Source: Laetmonice hystrix
Lineage: Eukaryota
Assembly: GCA_965235115.1 (NCBI GenBank)
Contig: OZ249436.1
Span: forward strand, 39,310,001-39,374,000
DNA: 64,000 nucleotides
Reading direction: 5' to 3'
A program made the position numbers and the translations under genes. The notes under the pieces were generated by a model. That model worked only from the letters and a program-made list of their open reading frames with translations, did no database searches and was not told the origin of the DNA. Positions 51,195-61,792 of this stretch are shown here, in pieces. Every line of letters begins with the position of its first letter. Positions within the stretch are counted from its first letter, which is position 1.

Positions 51195-52984
51195 AGGGCG
51201 CGGTCCACTGTCCGCCCAATACAACCGCCACTAGATGGCTCAGTGGGCTGACGTACGGCAGGCCGGAGCCATGATTTTTTTTTGGGGGGGGGGGTGCGTA
51301 TTCAGGGGCGGATCTAGGGTCTATATTCGGGGGGGGGGTTCCTAGGGGTCCAGCATAAAAAGGGCAAATCGAGGGGGGGGGGGGGTCCGTTGTAAAAACA
51401 AAAGGCATTTTGGTTATAAAAAAATTAATTTGGCAAATTTGAGGGGGGGGGGGGGTCCGGACGTCGCCGACACCCCCGCCCCCCCCCCCCCCTGGATCCG
51501 CCACTGCCGCATTAGGGAGAAGAAGGGATATTTTTGCCATCGGTTTTCTCTTTCTAGGTGGCCTAATTTGGGCGATAAAGGTGCGTACCAACGTCGCCAC
51601 AACAATGGGGAAGGGAGGGAGCAAGAGGTTCGCAAACCAAAGCCCTCTTCGCGGTGTATGCCTGCAGAGGGCCGTGATGATCAAGGCTGAATCATAGCAG
51701 CATTTACCTTATGTATTTATATGAGAATCAGTGGATGGTGAAGGGGTTGCATGGCCCTGAGTTATCTTGCTGCTGGACGACTGAGGAGGCCCTTTTGGGC
51801 CCGATGTTACTATCACGTACACTATAGGAGGCTTTTTAAAAAGCATTTTGTTGTAATCCTGGTTTCAGGGTCCGAATAATGCATCTTCATAAAAAAAAGG
51901 GGAGGGAAAGGAAAATTTAAGGGGGCCCGGGCCCCTTGACCCCCCTGGATCCCCCAGTGAACTATGATCATATTTATCACATATTTTAGGCCTTTACTGG
52001 CTTTTTTATGTTTTTGCCCGATGGTTAGCCCCCCTAAAACATTCCTGGATAGCCCATGGATCACACTGGCGGATCCAGGGGGGTCACATGGGGTCCGGAC
52101 CCCCCCCCCCCCCCCAAAAATTTCATGGCGCCCCTCCTGCCGATCATGGCGCCTCTCCTGCCGATCAGGAATTCGGACCCCACACCCACATGCAGCAAAC
52201 TCTAAAATAGGCGACAGCATTGTAGGCCCATGCAGTGGCGGGCGCAGGGGCGCGCCCCCTTCTGGCCGTCGCAAGATAAAAAATACCTAAATTTTTTTTT
52301 CATACCTAGGGACAAGGTTGTGTTGCTGTTGGACTTGAGGCTCGAGGCCCTTTTTCGGGGGCCCGATGTTAGCCTACTATCACGTACAGGAGGCTAAGTT
52401 TTAAAATAATGTTGTTGGAATGCTGGTGTCAGGGGCATCTTGATCCCCTCCAAAAAAGAGGAAAATTTAGGGGGGGGGGCCCAGGGGTCCGGGCCAGGAC
52501 CCCCCCCCCCCCTCCCCCATGCAGTGTTGATGTGAGTTACCGTTTTATTGGAGGATATGAATATATGCATAATGAAATTGTCTGTGATTGAATTTTTGCA
52601 CCCCCCTTAACAAAATTTGCGCCCCCTTAACCAAATCCTGGATCCGCCAGCTGATGCCTACTTCAGACTTTTGACATCGGTCATTGAAAAGCTTATTTTG
52701 TGCTCCAAAATGCACCGGATTTCACCAAATTACACCTTGAATTCGCTCGTATACAGTCACGCCTGTGGCGCCCCTAGAAACGTTGGACCCCCCGTCTTGA
52801 AAAAGCTGGATCCGCCCCTGGATTGGTACCGATTTCAAGCGGGGTCGATTTCAATCGGTACCGATCACTCGGGACAATGGACGTTAGGATCGGTTTCAAG
52901 TAATCGGGTACGATTTGGGGGCCGATCCTTGCATTGATCGGTGCCGATCCAATCGGGCACGATCGGGACAGTGGACCGCGCCCT
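51195..52984 (-). mobile_element. Composite Harbinger-like element, copy B (inverted, internally deleted)
   Basis: taa|agggcgcggtccactgtcc ... cgggacagtggaccgcgccct|tta. Reverse complement of 47879-49215 and 50510-50990. Confidence 0.75.
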
Positions 52985-53110
52985 TTATCATTTCAAACTT
53001 GTTTGATTTTTTGTTTGATGTTGCATAAACCTTAGGGCCTAAAGGGATTTGTACCGAGGGCTAGGCCTACACTTTTTTCAACATCTGCGCCTGATGTCAC
53101 ATAGGCCTAT

Positions 53111-53545
53111 AGTAGTGTGAAACTACCGGTTTTGGCCCACCTGACCCTATGTTATTCCAATGGGCCAAAAACGCCCCGCCAGTAGAGCCCCGCCGGTGGA
53201 GGCGGGTCTCTGGGGTCACCCTGGGGTCACCCTGCGGTCACTGGGTCACGTCAGCGCTATGGACCAGCTGCAGAGGCGGGGTCTCTGGGGGGTCACCCTG
53301 CGGTCACTGGGTCACGTCAGCGCTATGGACCAGCTGCAGAGGCGGGTCTCTGGGGTCACCCTGCGGTCACTGGGTCACGTCAGCGCTATGGATAACAAGT
53401 CGACTCCTGCAGACGGAAAATACCCTGCTATAGTACCCAACAAGTCGACAAGAACCCCCCCCCCCCCCACATCAGGGCTATTTATAGTCTATGGGGTCAC
53501 CCTGGGGTCACTGGGTCATGTGGGGTTTGGGGGTGTGCGTGCGTC
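53111..53545 (+). repeat. Left TIR of the Polinton, with three ~62-bp internal repeats
   Basis: Reverse complement of 61360-61792. The mirrored 94-aa ORF translations are identical. Confidence 0.95.
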
Positions 53546-53748
53546 TGGGTGCTTGTATGTAGCATGCATGCATGCATGCATATATTAACTTAGAGGGGTT
53601 AGTAGAAGAGTCCATTTACATCCAGCAGATGGGGGTGAAAAGGCTGACTGAGGAACAACGATGTAGGGTAGAATGATGATTGTTCATTGTTATTGACCAC
53701 CCGTTCCCCCTCCCCAACAGTCATAATAGACTTACCCCGCAATGAAAA

Positions 53749-53754
53749 TATAAA
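53749..53754 (+). promoter_or_regulatory. Candidate TATA box for the PolB gene
   Basis: TATAAA about 50 bp upstream of the ATG at 53803. Confidence 0.4.
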
Positions 53755-53802
53755 TCCAATGTATTACCTGTTTAGTCTTTCCTGAGACGTCAAAGCATCA
53801 AC

Positions 53803-56800
53803 ATGAAGCCTTTTCCCTGTGAAGAATGTGACAAAAGCTTTCAATATAAGAAGGGGTTGACACGGCATAAGAAAACTGCACATGGAGTCAACAAGAGGTT
53901 CACCTGTCCGACATGTGGCTCTACTTTCAAGAGAAAAGATGAGCTAAATCGACATAGGAAGCGTCATGCTGAATGCCAAACCTTCTTTGAACGAGCAGCA
54001 GTGAATGGCTCACTAAAAACAGCAAGTATTCAAGCTGTTCATGAAAAAGATCCGATGATCTTTATCGGAAAACATATGGATGAAATCCCGATCGTCTGAA
54101 GGCAGAGAAAGGTGCTGTGAAGTGGTACCTATCCATCCAAGTCCAGTTTAAAAAGGATAAGAAAGAAGAAACGGTCGCCCCCCATTTTAGAGGAACATGC
54201 CAGATTGTCCTAAAACCTAAGGATATCAAGGTCGGATTCCAGGATTCTGTGAAGAAAATTCACCAGTCGTTTACCGACTACCAACGACAGGGTAGTAATT
54301 GGATACTAGATCACATCATCGCCTTAACCTTACACATGGCTCAGTATCAACCCCTGAGAGGATCCAGTTACATACCTCTACCAAATAAACTCAGGTCGAA
54401 GCACGCTATCGTCAATGTGGAGAATAAGGACAAGAAATGCTTCCTTTGGTCCGTATTGGCTGCCCTGTTTCCTGTGAACAAGCACCCTCAACGCGTGACA
54501 AAATATATGGAAAAGGTGGAAACACTGGATATGACAGGGATAGCATATCCGGTGAAGATACCCGACATCACCAAATTTGAAAGGCTGAACCAGATCTCCA
54601 TCAACGTGTTTGGCTATGAGAAGGGAGAGGTCATACCTGTATGCATTACCACCGAACGGTTTGAGAGACACGTGAATCTGTTGATACTCACAGATGGGAG
54701 AAAGTCGCATTACTGCTGGATTAAGGACTTAAACAGACTGCTAAACGATCAGAAATCTGACACACACAGACATTTTTTCTGTCCTTACTGTCTTCACGGA
54801 TTTACCAAAGAAACTCTACTGACAGATCACATCCCATACTGTCAGATTCATGGTCCTCAGAAGATTGAACTCCCGGCAGAGGAAGACAAGTGGCTCTCCT
54901 ACACAGACATATCGAAGCAGTTAAAAGTGCCCCATGTCATCTACGCTGATTTTGAGTGTTTTGCCACCAAAATAGACATGTGCTCTCCTGACCCATCTCA
55001 CTCGTATACTCACAAGCTGACCCAACACGTCCCGTCAGGTTTCGCCTACAAATTGGTAGGGTTAAAGGACGATTTCTCTCAAAATACTGTCATCTACAGG
55101 GGCCCGGACGTAGCAGACACATTTATTCAACAGATGTTAAAATTACAAGACCGCTTAGACCTCGTGTATAAAAACCCCAAACCACTTCACATGACAGTAG
55201 AGGACTGGAGAACGTTCCAGACTGCAGAGCACTGTCACATCTGTCACAGCATAATGGGGGACGACCGTGTGAGGGATCACTGTCACATCACAGGTACGTT
55301 CCGAGGTGCAGCCCATAACCAATGTAACATGAACTACAGATTGCGCAATCGCATCCCTGTCATCTTTCACAACCTCAGGGGGTACGATGCCCACCTGATT
55401 ATGCAAGCAATAGGCAAAGTTGACAAAGAGGTCAAATGCATTCCAAACAACATGGAGAAATATGTGTCGTTTTCGATGGGCTCCATGGATTTCATCGACA
55501 GTTACCAGTTCCTACCTGCATCTTTAGGAAAACTTGTGTCCAATATTAAAGAATTTAAACATCTCCAAGCTCGTTTCACCGAAAGTCAGATGCCATTGCT
55601 ACTGCGAAAGGGGGTCTACCCCTATGATTACGTCGATTCACCTAATAAATTCAAAGAAACCCAGATTCCATCACGATCAGCATTTGATAATATACTCACA
55701 GGAGAGTCCATTTCAGAAGAGGATTACTCACATGCAAACCAGGTGTGGGAGGCATTTGAAATCACATCTCTGGGAGAATACCACGATCTCTATCTGCTGT
55801 CTGATACGCTACAGCTTGCTGACGTGTTTGAAAACTTTAGAGTGGTTTGTCTTACCTATTACGAATTGGATCCGGCTCACTTTTACACCTCCCCTGGTCT
55901 TGCTTGGCAGGCGTGCTTGAAAATGACTGGCCAAAAGTTGGAGCTGCTGACTGATTTGGACATGCACCTGTTCATTGAGAAAGGACTGCGAGGTGGTATA
56001 TCTATGATATCCAACCGCTACGCTAAGGCAAACAACCCTTACCTCCCGGACTTCGATCCAAACAGTCCCACCAAATATATCATGTATCTGGATGCCAACA
56101 ACCTGTATGGATGGGCCATGTCAGAACCTCTACCCACTCACGGTTTCTATTGGACTGATCCCGTCGATGTGACAACAGTATCTGATGACAGCAAGGAAGG
56201 ATATATATTAGAAGTAGATCTGGATTACCCTTCACATCTTCATGACCTACATAGCGACTACCCACTGGCACCTGAAAAACTAACCGTCACTGCCGACATG
56301 CTCTCTTCCTACTGTCAGACGTTAAATCAGAGCAGGGGTTCAGTCGGCAAACTGGTCCCAAACCTACAATCCAAAACCCGTTACGTCCTACATTATCGTA
56401 ACCTGAAACTCTATCTATCTCTAGGTATGGTGTTAACCAAGGTTCATCGCGTGCTAGCCTTTCAACAGAAACCCTGGCTTAAAGACTACATTGATTTCAA
56501 TACGGAAAAAAGAAAAGCAGCTACAAACGATTTTCAGAAAGATTTCTTCAAGTTGATGAACAACAGTGTCTTTGGCAAAACCATGGAAAATCTTCGCAAA
56601 CGTATTGATGTTAAACTTGTCAACTCTGAGAAAAAAGTCAAGAAACTAGCGTGTAAACCCACCTTTCACGCCTTTAAACTGTTTAACGAAGACCTGGCTG
56701 CAGTGCACATGAGAAAAGCTAAACTGAAATTGAACCGACCCATCTACGTTTGATTCTGCATTCTGGATCTTTCCAAGACCCTCATGTATGATTTTCACTA

Positions 56801-57320
56801 TTCCTACATACTTCAGAAGTATCAAGAAAAAGCAAAATTACTGTTCACAGACACAGACAGCCTCTGCTATGAAATAACGACGGCAGACATCTACACGGAT
56901 ATGGCGGCTGATGCTTGCCATTTCGATACGTCAGACTACCCCCAAGACCATTTTCTCCACAGCACAGTCAATAAAAAAGTGCTAGGTAAGATGAAGGATG
57001 AATGTGCTGGAGTACCACCTTCCGAGTTTGTAGGCCTGAGATCGAAAATGTACAGTTTACTCTATGCTGGAAAAGAGAAAAAGACAGCCAAAGGAATAAG
57101 CCGGGCGGTAGTGAAAAACCAACTTCGTCATAAAGACTATAGAGAAACACTTTTTGATATGGTCACAAAGATGAACACAATGGCTCAGATTCGCAGTTTC
57201 AACCATGAACTTTATACTGTGTGTTTGAACAAAACGAGCCTCTCCCCCTATGATGACAAGCGGTATATCCTGGACAACGGCTGTGATACCTTAGCCTATG
57301 GTCACTATAAAACACAGTGA
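53803..57320 (+). pseudogene. Protein-primed family B DNA polymerase with N-terminal C2H2 fingers (~1170 aa reconstructed), disrupted
   Basis: Motifs IYADFE (ExoI), FHNLRGYD (ExoII), YLDANNLYG (A), KLMNNSVFGK (B), FTDTDS (C). One frameshift at ~54089 and an in-frame TGA at 56751-56753 within PIYV*FCILDLSK. Confidence 0.92.
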
Positions 57321-57369
57321 TTTTTACACAAATGGTCAGTCGTCATTCAGACGTGGTGAGTTGCACATC

Positions 57370-59094
57370 ATGGTTAGAGTTCACGTTTGTCAAGCTTGTC
57401 ATATGACCTTCACACGACACAGCAACCTCGTTAGGCATATGTCACGGTGTCATACTACTGGACAACAAACTTCTACTGGTTTACCTACACCAAGTGGGGC
57501 AAATCCCGGAGTCATTCCAGTGGGAGTCACTCCAGTGGGAGTCACTCCAGTGGGAGTCACTCCAGTGGGAGTCACTCCAGTGGGAGTCACTCCGGGAGTC
57601 ACTCCAGTGGGAGTCACTCCCGGAGTCACTCCGGGAGTCACTCCAGTGGGAGTCACTCCCGGAGTCACTCCGGGAGTCACTCCAGTGGGAGTCACTCCAG
57701 TGAGAGTCACTCCTGAACAAGAATCAGAACAGGTCCTCTCCAACCAGGATATGGAGGGACACTCGTTTCAACATACTTTTACTATGATCGTGAGTGGACC
57801 GACTGCATGTGGGAAAACTACATTTGTGAAAAATATGTTACAACATATGCACATTTCACCCAAGCCTCAGAGGATCATTTGGCTTTACAAGCGATGGCAG
57901 CCATTATATACGGACATTGTAAATACGGTACGACCTTGTGTGGAATTTATTCAAGGCATCCCTGATGATCTGGATCAAGATAGCTTCATCGATCCCTCAG
58001 CCAGAAATTTGATCGTGTTAGACGATTTAATGTCGTCTGCAGCCAAAGATACCCAGGTCACTGACTTGTTCACTGAAGGGTCCCATCATCGCAACCTCTC
58101 TGTCATCGTCCTCTCACAAAATCTATACTTCAATAAGGATCCAACTCAGCGACGCAATGCACATTATTTGGTTTTGTTCAAAAGCCCAGGAGACAAACAG
58201 CAAGTAATGACTTTTGGCAGACAGATGTACCCCAGTAACACTGTATATTTCATGGAGGCCTTCGAGGATGCAACACGAGAACCCTATGGCTACTTGTTGG
58301 TGGATCTCAAGCCTACTACACCAGACTCGCAGAGACTTATAAAAAGCAGTGTCTTTGGTCATTCACCTCAGTTGCCACTTGACCGTCGACCTGCTCACAT
58401 CACTCCCAGGTTACAACAGACGACACCACATCATACATGTCACATGGCTGAGGAAAAGAAGCCTACGACAATGAACACTTATGCTTGTGAAGATTGTGGA
58501 CAGTTGTTTTCAACCATGTATGATCTACAAAGACACATAAGGAAATGGTGCCCAGAAAATATTGACGACCTTGAACCCGTTAACAAAAAGAAACGTGTTG
58601 ATCTCAATGGCGAATGGCTTAGCACGATGGAGGAAACAGATAAGGAAGAAGTAGATGATGATGTTGAAACTGAAACAGAAGACAGCATCGCTGACTATCC
58701 TTCCATGATAGAATTATGGGAAAAAGCCAGAGAAGAAAACAGTAAAACTTTGGAAAATGAGGTCACCCGACTCACTGAGAATGGAGTAGCCATAGACGAG
58801 GCTAAAAAGAGAGCCAATCGGTTGGTGCGGGGAGACGACATAAGGAAGTTCTTTACTTTGTATAGACATTTTCTGGAAACAGCGCTGGATGTGAGGCACA
58901 ACCATCTCACGGAGGCTATTCTGGACCATGCAGAAAGTCTTGTAAAAGGCGGCATGTCAACAAAGTCAGCCATCAAACGGGCACTCACCAAGCGTAAATT
59001 GGAATTCGAAGAAGTGTTTGAGTCTGATGAAGAAGAATCAGATGAAGAAGAAGAATCAGACAACGAAGAAGAAGAAACGGACGAGGAGGTGTAG
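57370..59094 (+). CDS. A32/FtsK-like DNA-packaging ATPase fused to two C2H2-type fingers, GVTP repeats and an acidic tail
   Basis: Open frame with Walker A GPTACGKT, Walker B LIVLDD and SHHRNLSVIVLSQN. Start taken at MVRVHVCQAC (ATG 57370); the ORF track begins at 57298. Confidence 0.88.
   Translation: MVRVHVCQACHMTFTRHSNLVRHMSRCHTTGQQTSTGLPTPSGANPGVIPVGVTPVGVTPVGVTPVGVTPVGVTPGVTPVGVTPGVTPGVTPVGVTPGVTPGVTPVGVTPVRVTPEQESEQVLSNQDMEGHSFQHTFTMIVSGPTACGKTTFVKNMLQHMHISPKPQRIIWLYKRWQPLYTDIVNTVRPCVEFIQGIPDDLDQDSFIDPSARNLIVLDDLMSSAAKDTQVTDLFTEGSHHRNLSVIVLSQNLYFNKDPTQRRNAHYLVLFKSPGDKQQVMTFGRQMYPSNTVYFMEAFEDATREPYGYLLVDLKPTTPDSQRLIKSSVFGHSPQLPLDRRPAHITPRLQQTTPHHTCHMAEEKKPTTMNTYACEDCGQLFSTMYDLQRHIRKWCPENIDDLEPVNKKKRVDLNGEWLSTMEETDKEEVDDDVETETEDSIADYPSMIELWEKAREENSKTLENEVTRLTENGVAIDEAKKRANRLVRGDDIRKFFTLYRHFLETALDVRHNHLTEAILDHAESLVKGGMSTKSAIKRALTKRKLEFEEVFESDEEESDEEEESDNEEEETDEEV
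57508..57714 (+). repeat. Coding 12/15-bp tandem repeat, (V)GVTP x ~15
   Basis: Repeated ggagtcactcc(agtg); all units preserve frame. Confidence 0.95.
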
Positions 59095-59153
59095 GCCATA
59101 TAAGACAAACATTCGGCACTTTCACTCATTTGTCGATGGGGACAGGGTAGAGG

Positions 59154-60710
59154 ATGGACGCCTACCTGACTTCGTTGTACTATGATCCAAAACATCCGGC
59201 CAGTTTTGGGGGTGCTTCAAAACTGTATAAAGCTTCTTTAACTGACGGGAAACAATACACCTTACACAGCATTGAAGAATGGCTCCGAAATCAAGAGTCC
59301 TACACTCTTCACAAACCTGTTTCGAGAAGATTCGAGAGAAGCAAAGTGGTCGTATCTGGCATTGACGATCAGTGGGATGCTGACCTTATTGACTTTACTC
59401 GTTTATCCAAATTCAACAATGGTGTCCGTTTCGTATTGGTCGTAATCGATGTCTTCTCTCGCTACCTATGGTTAAAACCACTCAAAACAAAAACAGGGTC
59501 TGAAGTGGCTCACGCCTTTGAAGTGGTCTTTGCTGAAGGCCGACGCCCTAAATATCTTTGAAGTGACAAGGGACAAGAGTTTCGGGCTAAAATTGTCCAG
59601 GTCATGTTCAAGAGGAACGAAGTCCACCACTTTGTCACACAAAACGAAGTCAAAGCAGAGTATGTGAAAGTGCCAAAATTTCTGCAGGACCTGCGGTCCT
59701 GCAGAAGTAACAAGTCTGGGGGACCTACCAGAGTTCTGTCTGACCTACTGAAATACGTCACTTTTCAAAAATTACACAAAAACGCATGCTCATGAATATA
59801 ACACGTCTTTATTATGCTGGTGTCATTACCAGGTGCAATAGAATAAATGTATAAATAAATATAAAATGTATATCTGTGCTCTGGTTGGCTAAAGGACAGT
59901 GTAGTGGAGTCTATTGCATGTAGTGGACACAGGAGTAGGCCTACTGGTAGAGCCAACTACTCTAAAACGAAGTGATTTTTAGAGCCAATACTGTCTCTAC
60001 TTGGGACTTAGGTGGGTACATAACAGCCAAATGTGTGCGGGACAATCGGGCCTGCTAAATGGGAAGGTCTGTCGGACCGACGGGTTTTTAGCGGGTCTCG
60101 GGCCGTCGGTCCCACGGTGTTCACATACTCTGTCAAAGCCAACTATGCAGAACGTGTGATTAAAAGTGTCAAATCTAGGATTTACCGATTTTTCACCGCA
60201 AAACAAACCTACAACTATGTGGATATACTGACTGATATAGCTGAGAGTTACAATCACACCTACCATCGTTCCATCAAGATGAGTCCAGCGGATGTGTCAA
60301 AAGAAAACGAAACGATCCTTTGGTGGAACCTGTATTGGCCTTATCTTTCAAAGAAACGAGCTAGAGCTTTTAAATATGACATGGGTGACTATGTGAGAAT
60401 CAGCTATTTGCGCAACCCCTTCAGTCGAGAATACGACGAGAAATGGACGGGTGAGGTGTTTAAAATTTTCAAACGCTTCCATCGTAAAGGTCTTCCCCTT
60501 TACAAATTAATAGATTTCCAAAACGATGAGGTCACCGGGACATTTTATCAGGAAGAGCTTCAGAAAGTGACGTCTAACGACATTTGGAAGGTGGAAAACA
60601 TAATTAGGCATAAAGGAAAAGGGAAAAACAAAATGGTCTATGTGAAATGGAAATATTGGCCACAAAAATTCAACTCGTGGGTGAAACAGTCAGACCTTCA
60701 AAACGTCTAG
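59154..60710 (+). pseudogene. Retrovirus-like (rve) integrase with C-terminal chromodomain (~357 aa reconstructed), disrupted
   Basis: DDE residues in WDADLIDF, SDKGQEF and AERVIKS. Chromo-like WKVENII...VKWKYWPQKFNSWV. In-frame TGA at 59559-59561 and a MITE insertion. Confidence 0.92.
59656..60132. mobile_element. 477-bp MITE inserted in the Polinton integrase
   Basis: Perfect TIRs cagagtatgtgaa / ttcacatactctg. TSD is TCAAAG (or GTCAAAGC if each end is 1 bp shorter). Removal restores NEVKANYAER. Confidence 0.9.
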
Positions 60711-60947
60711 GAGGCCACCCTGTGGGCATCATAATGCAAACATCATCCTCAGCACCATGATGGTAGATTACTGCAGTAGAAAGCTGAGGTCATCTACCAC
60801 CCATCATCATTGTGGTCACTGACATGCTATTAATTTAGTTGTAAACCACTTATCATCAATATGGTCACTGGCATGTTATTAATTTAGCTGTAAACCATTC
60901 ATGTTTGCTTATGATTCCCATGGTCATGTATTTGTAAATAATAGAGA

Positions 60948-61185
60948 TGGGGAGAAAACATTAGGTGGACTCACCCTGTACATAGACATAGGGAAGCTTT
61001 TTGGGGAGGAAACATTAGGTGGACTCACCCTGTATATAGTCATAGGAGGGCATTAAGTGGACTCTCCCTGTAGTTATAGGGAAGCTTTTAGGGGAGGAAA
61101 CATTCGGTGGACTCTCCCTGTAGTTATAGGGAAGCTTTTTGGGGAGGAAACATTAGGTGGACTCACCCTGTAGTTATAGGGAAAC
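60948..61185. repeat. ~50-bp tandem repeat in the Polinton 3' non-coding region
   Basis: About 5 copies of ggggaggaaacattaggtggactcaccctgtagttatagggaagc. Confidence 0.85.
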
Positions 61186-61359
61186 CTTTCAGACCTGCAC
61201 ATCCAAATTTTAGATGGTGCTCGTTTGGGGCGGCCTTCCCGTGGCGAGTACCGTTCTCGACTAACGGCCCCATCTAACTCCTATAGGTCTATGGGTCACA
61301 TACCCCACCCCCATATGTGCATGAAAACACCATCTGCCCGTCCATTCATTCATCCATAC

Positions 61360-61792
61360 AGACGCATGCACCCCCCAAACCCCACATGACCCAGTGACCC
61401 CAGGGTGACCCCATAGACTATAAATAGCCCTGATGTGGAGGGGGGGGGTTCTTGTCGACTTGTTGGGTACTATAGCAGGGTATTTTCCGTCTGCAGGAGT
61501 CGACTTGTTATCCATAGCGCTGACGTGACCCAGTGACCGCAGGGTGACCCCAGAGACCCGCCTCTGCAGCTGGTCCATAGCGCTGACGTGACCCAGTGAC
61601 CGCAGGGTGACCCCCCAGAGACCCCGCCTCTGCAGCTGGTCCATAGCGCTGACGTGACCCAGTGACCGCAGGGTGACCCCAGGGTGACCCCAGAGACCCG
61701 CCTCCACCGGCGGGGCTCTACTGGCGGGGCGTTTTTGGCCCATTGGAATAACATAGGGTCAGGTGGGCCAAAACCGGTAGTTTCACACTACT
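61360..61792 (-). repeat. Right TIR of the Polinton
   Basis: Reverse complement of 53111-53545. Confidence 0.95.

Larger units (their letters stand above)
53111..61792 (+). mobile_element. Compact Polinton/Maverick (adintovirus-like) element, 8682 bp
   Basis: 5'-AGTAGT...ACTACT-3' termini, ~430-bp TIRs and a perfect 6-bp TSD GCCTAT (53105-53110, 61793-61798). Encodes pPolB, a packaging ATPase and an rve integrase. Confidence 0.95.

Noticed and set aside
53149..53588. Protein-coding ORFs in the Polinton TIRs (mirrored at 61261-61754)
   Set aside because: Translations of TIR repeats with no recognisable domain.
54080..54100. Programmed -1 frameshift joining the finger ORF to PolB
   Set aside because: No X XXY YYZ slippery heptamer is visible; a 1-nt deletion is simpler.
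58123..59195. Minus-strand ORFs within the Polinton as hidden capsid genes
   Set aside because: Short antisense shadows of the ATPase gene with low-complexity composition; too small for jelly-roll capsid proteins.
56751..59561. TGA recoding or readthrough in PolB and the integrase
   Set aside because: The two stops fall where Gly (GGA) and probably Arg (CGA) are expected, so single substitutions explain them; PolB also terminates normally at a TGA.
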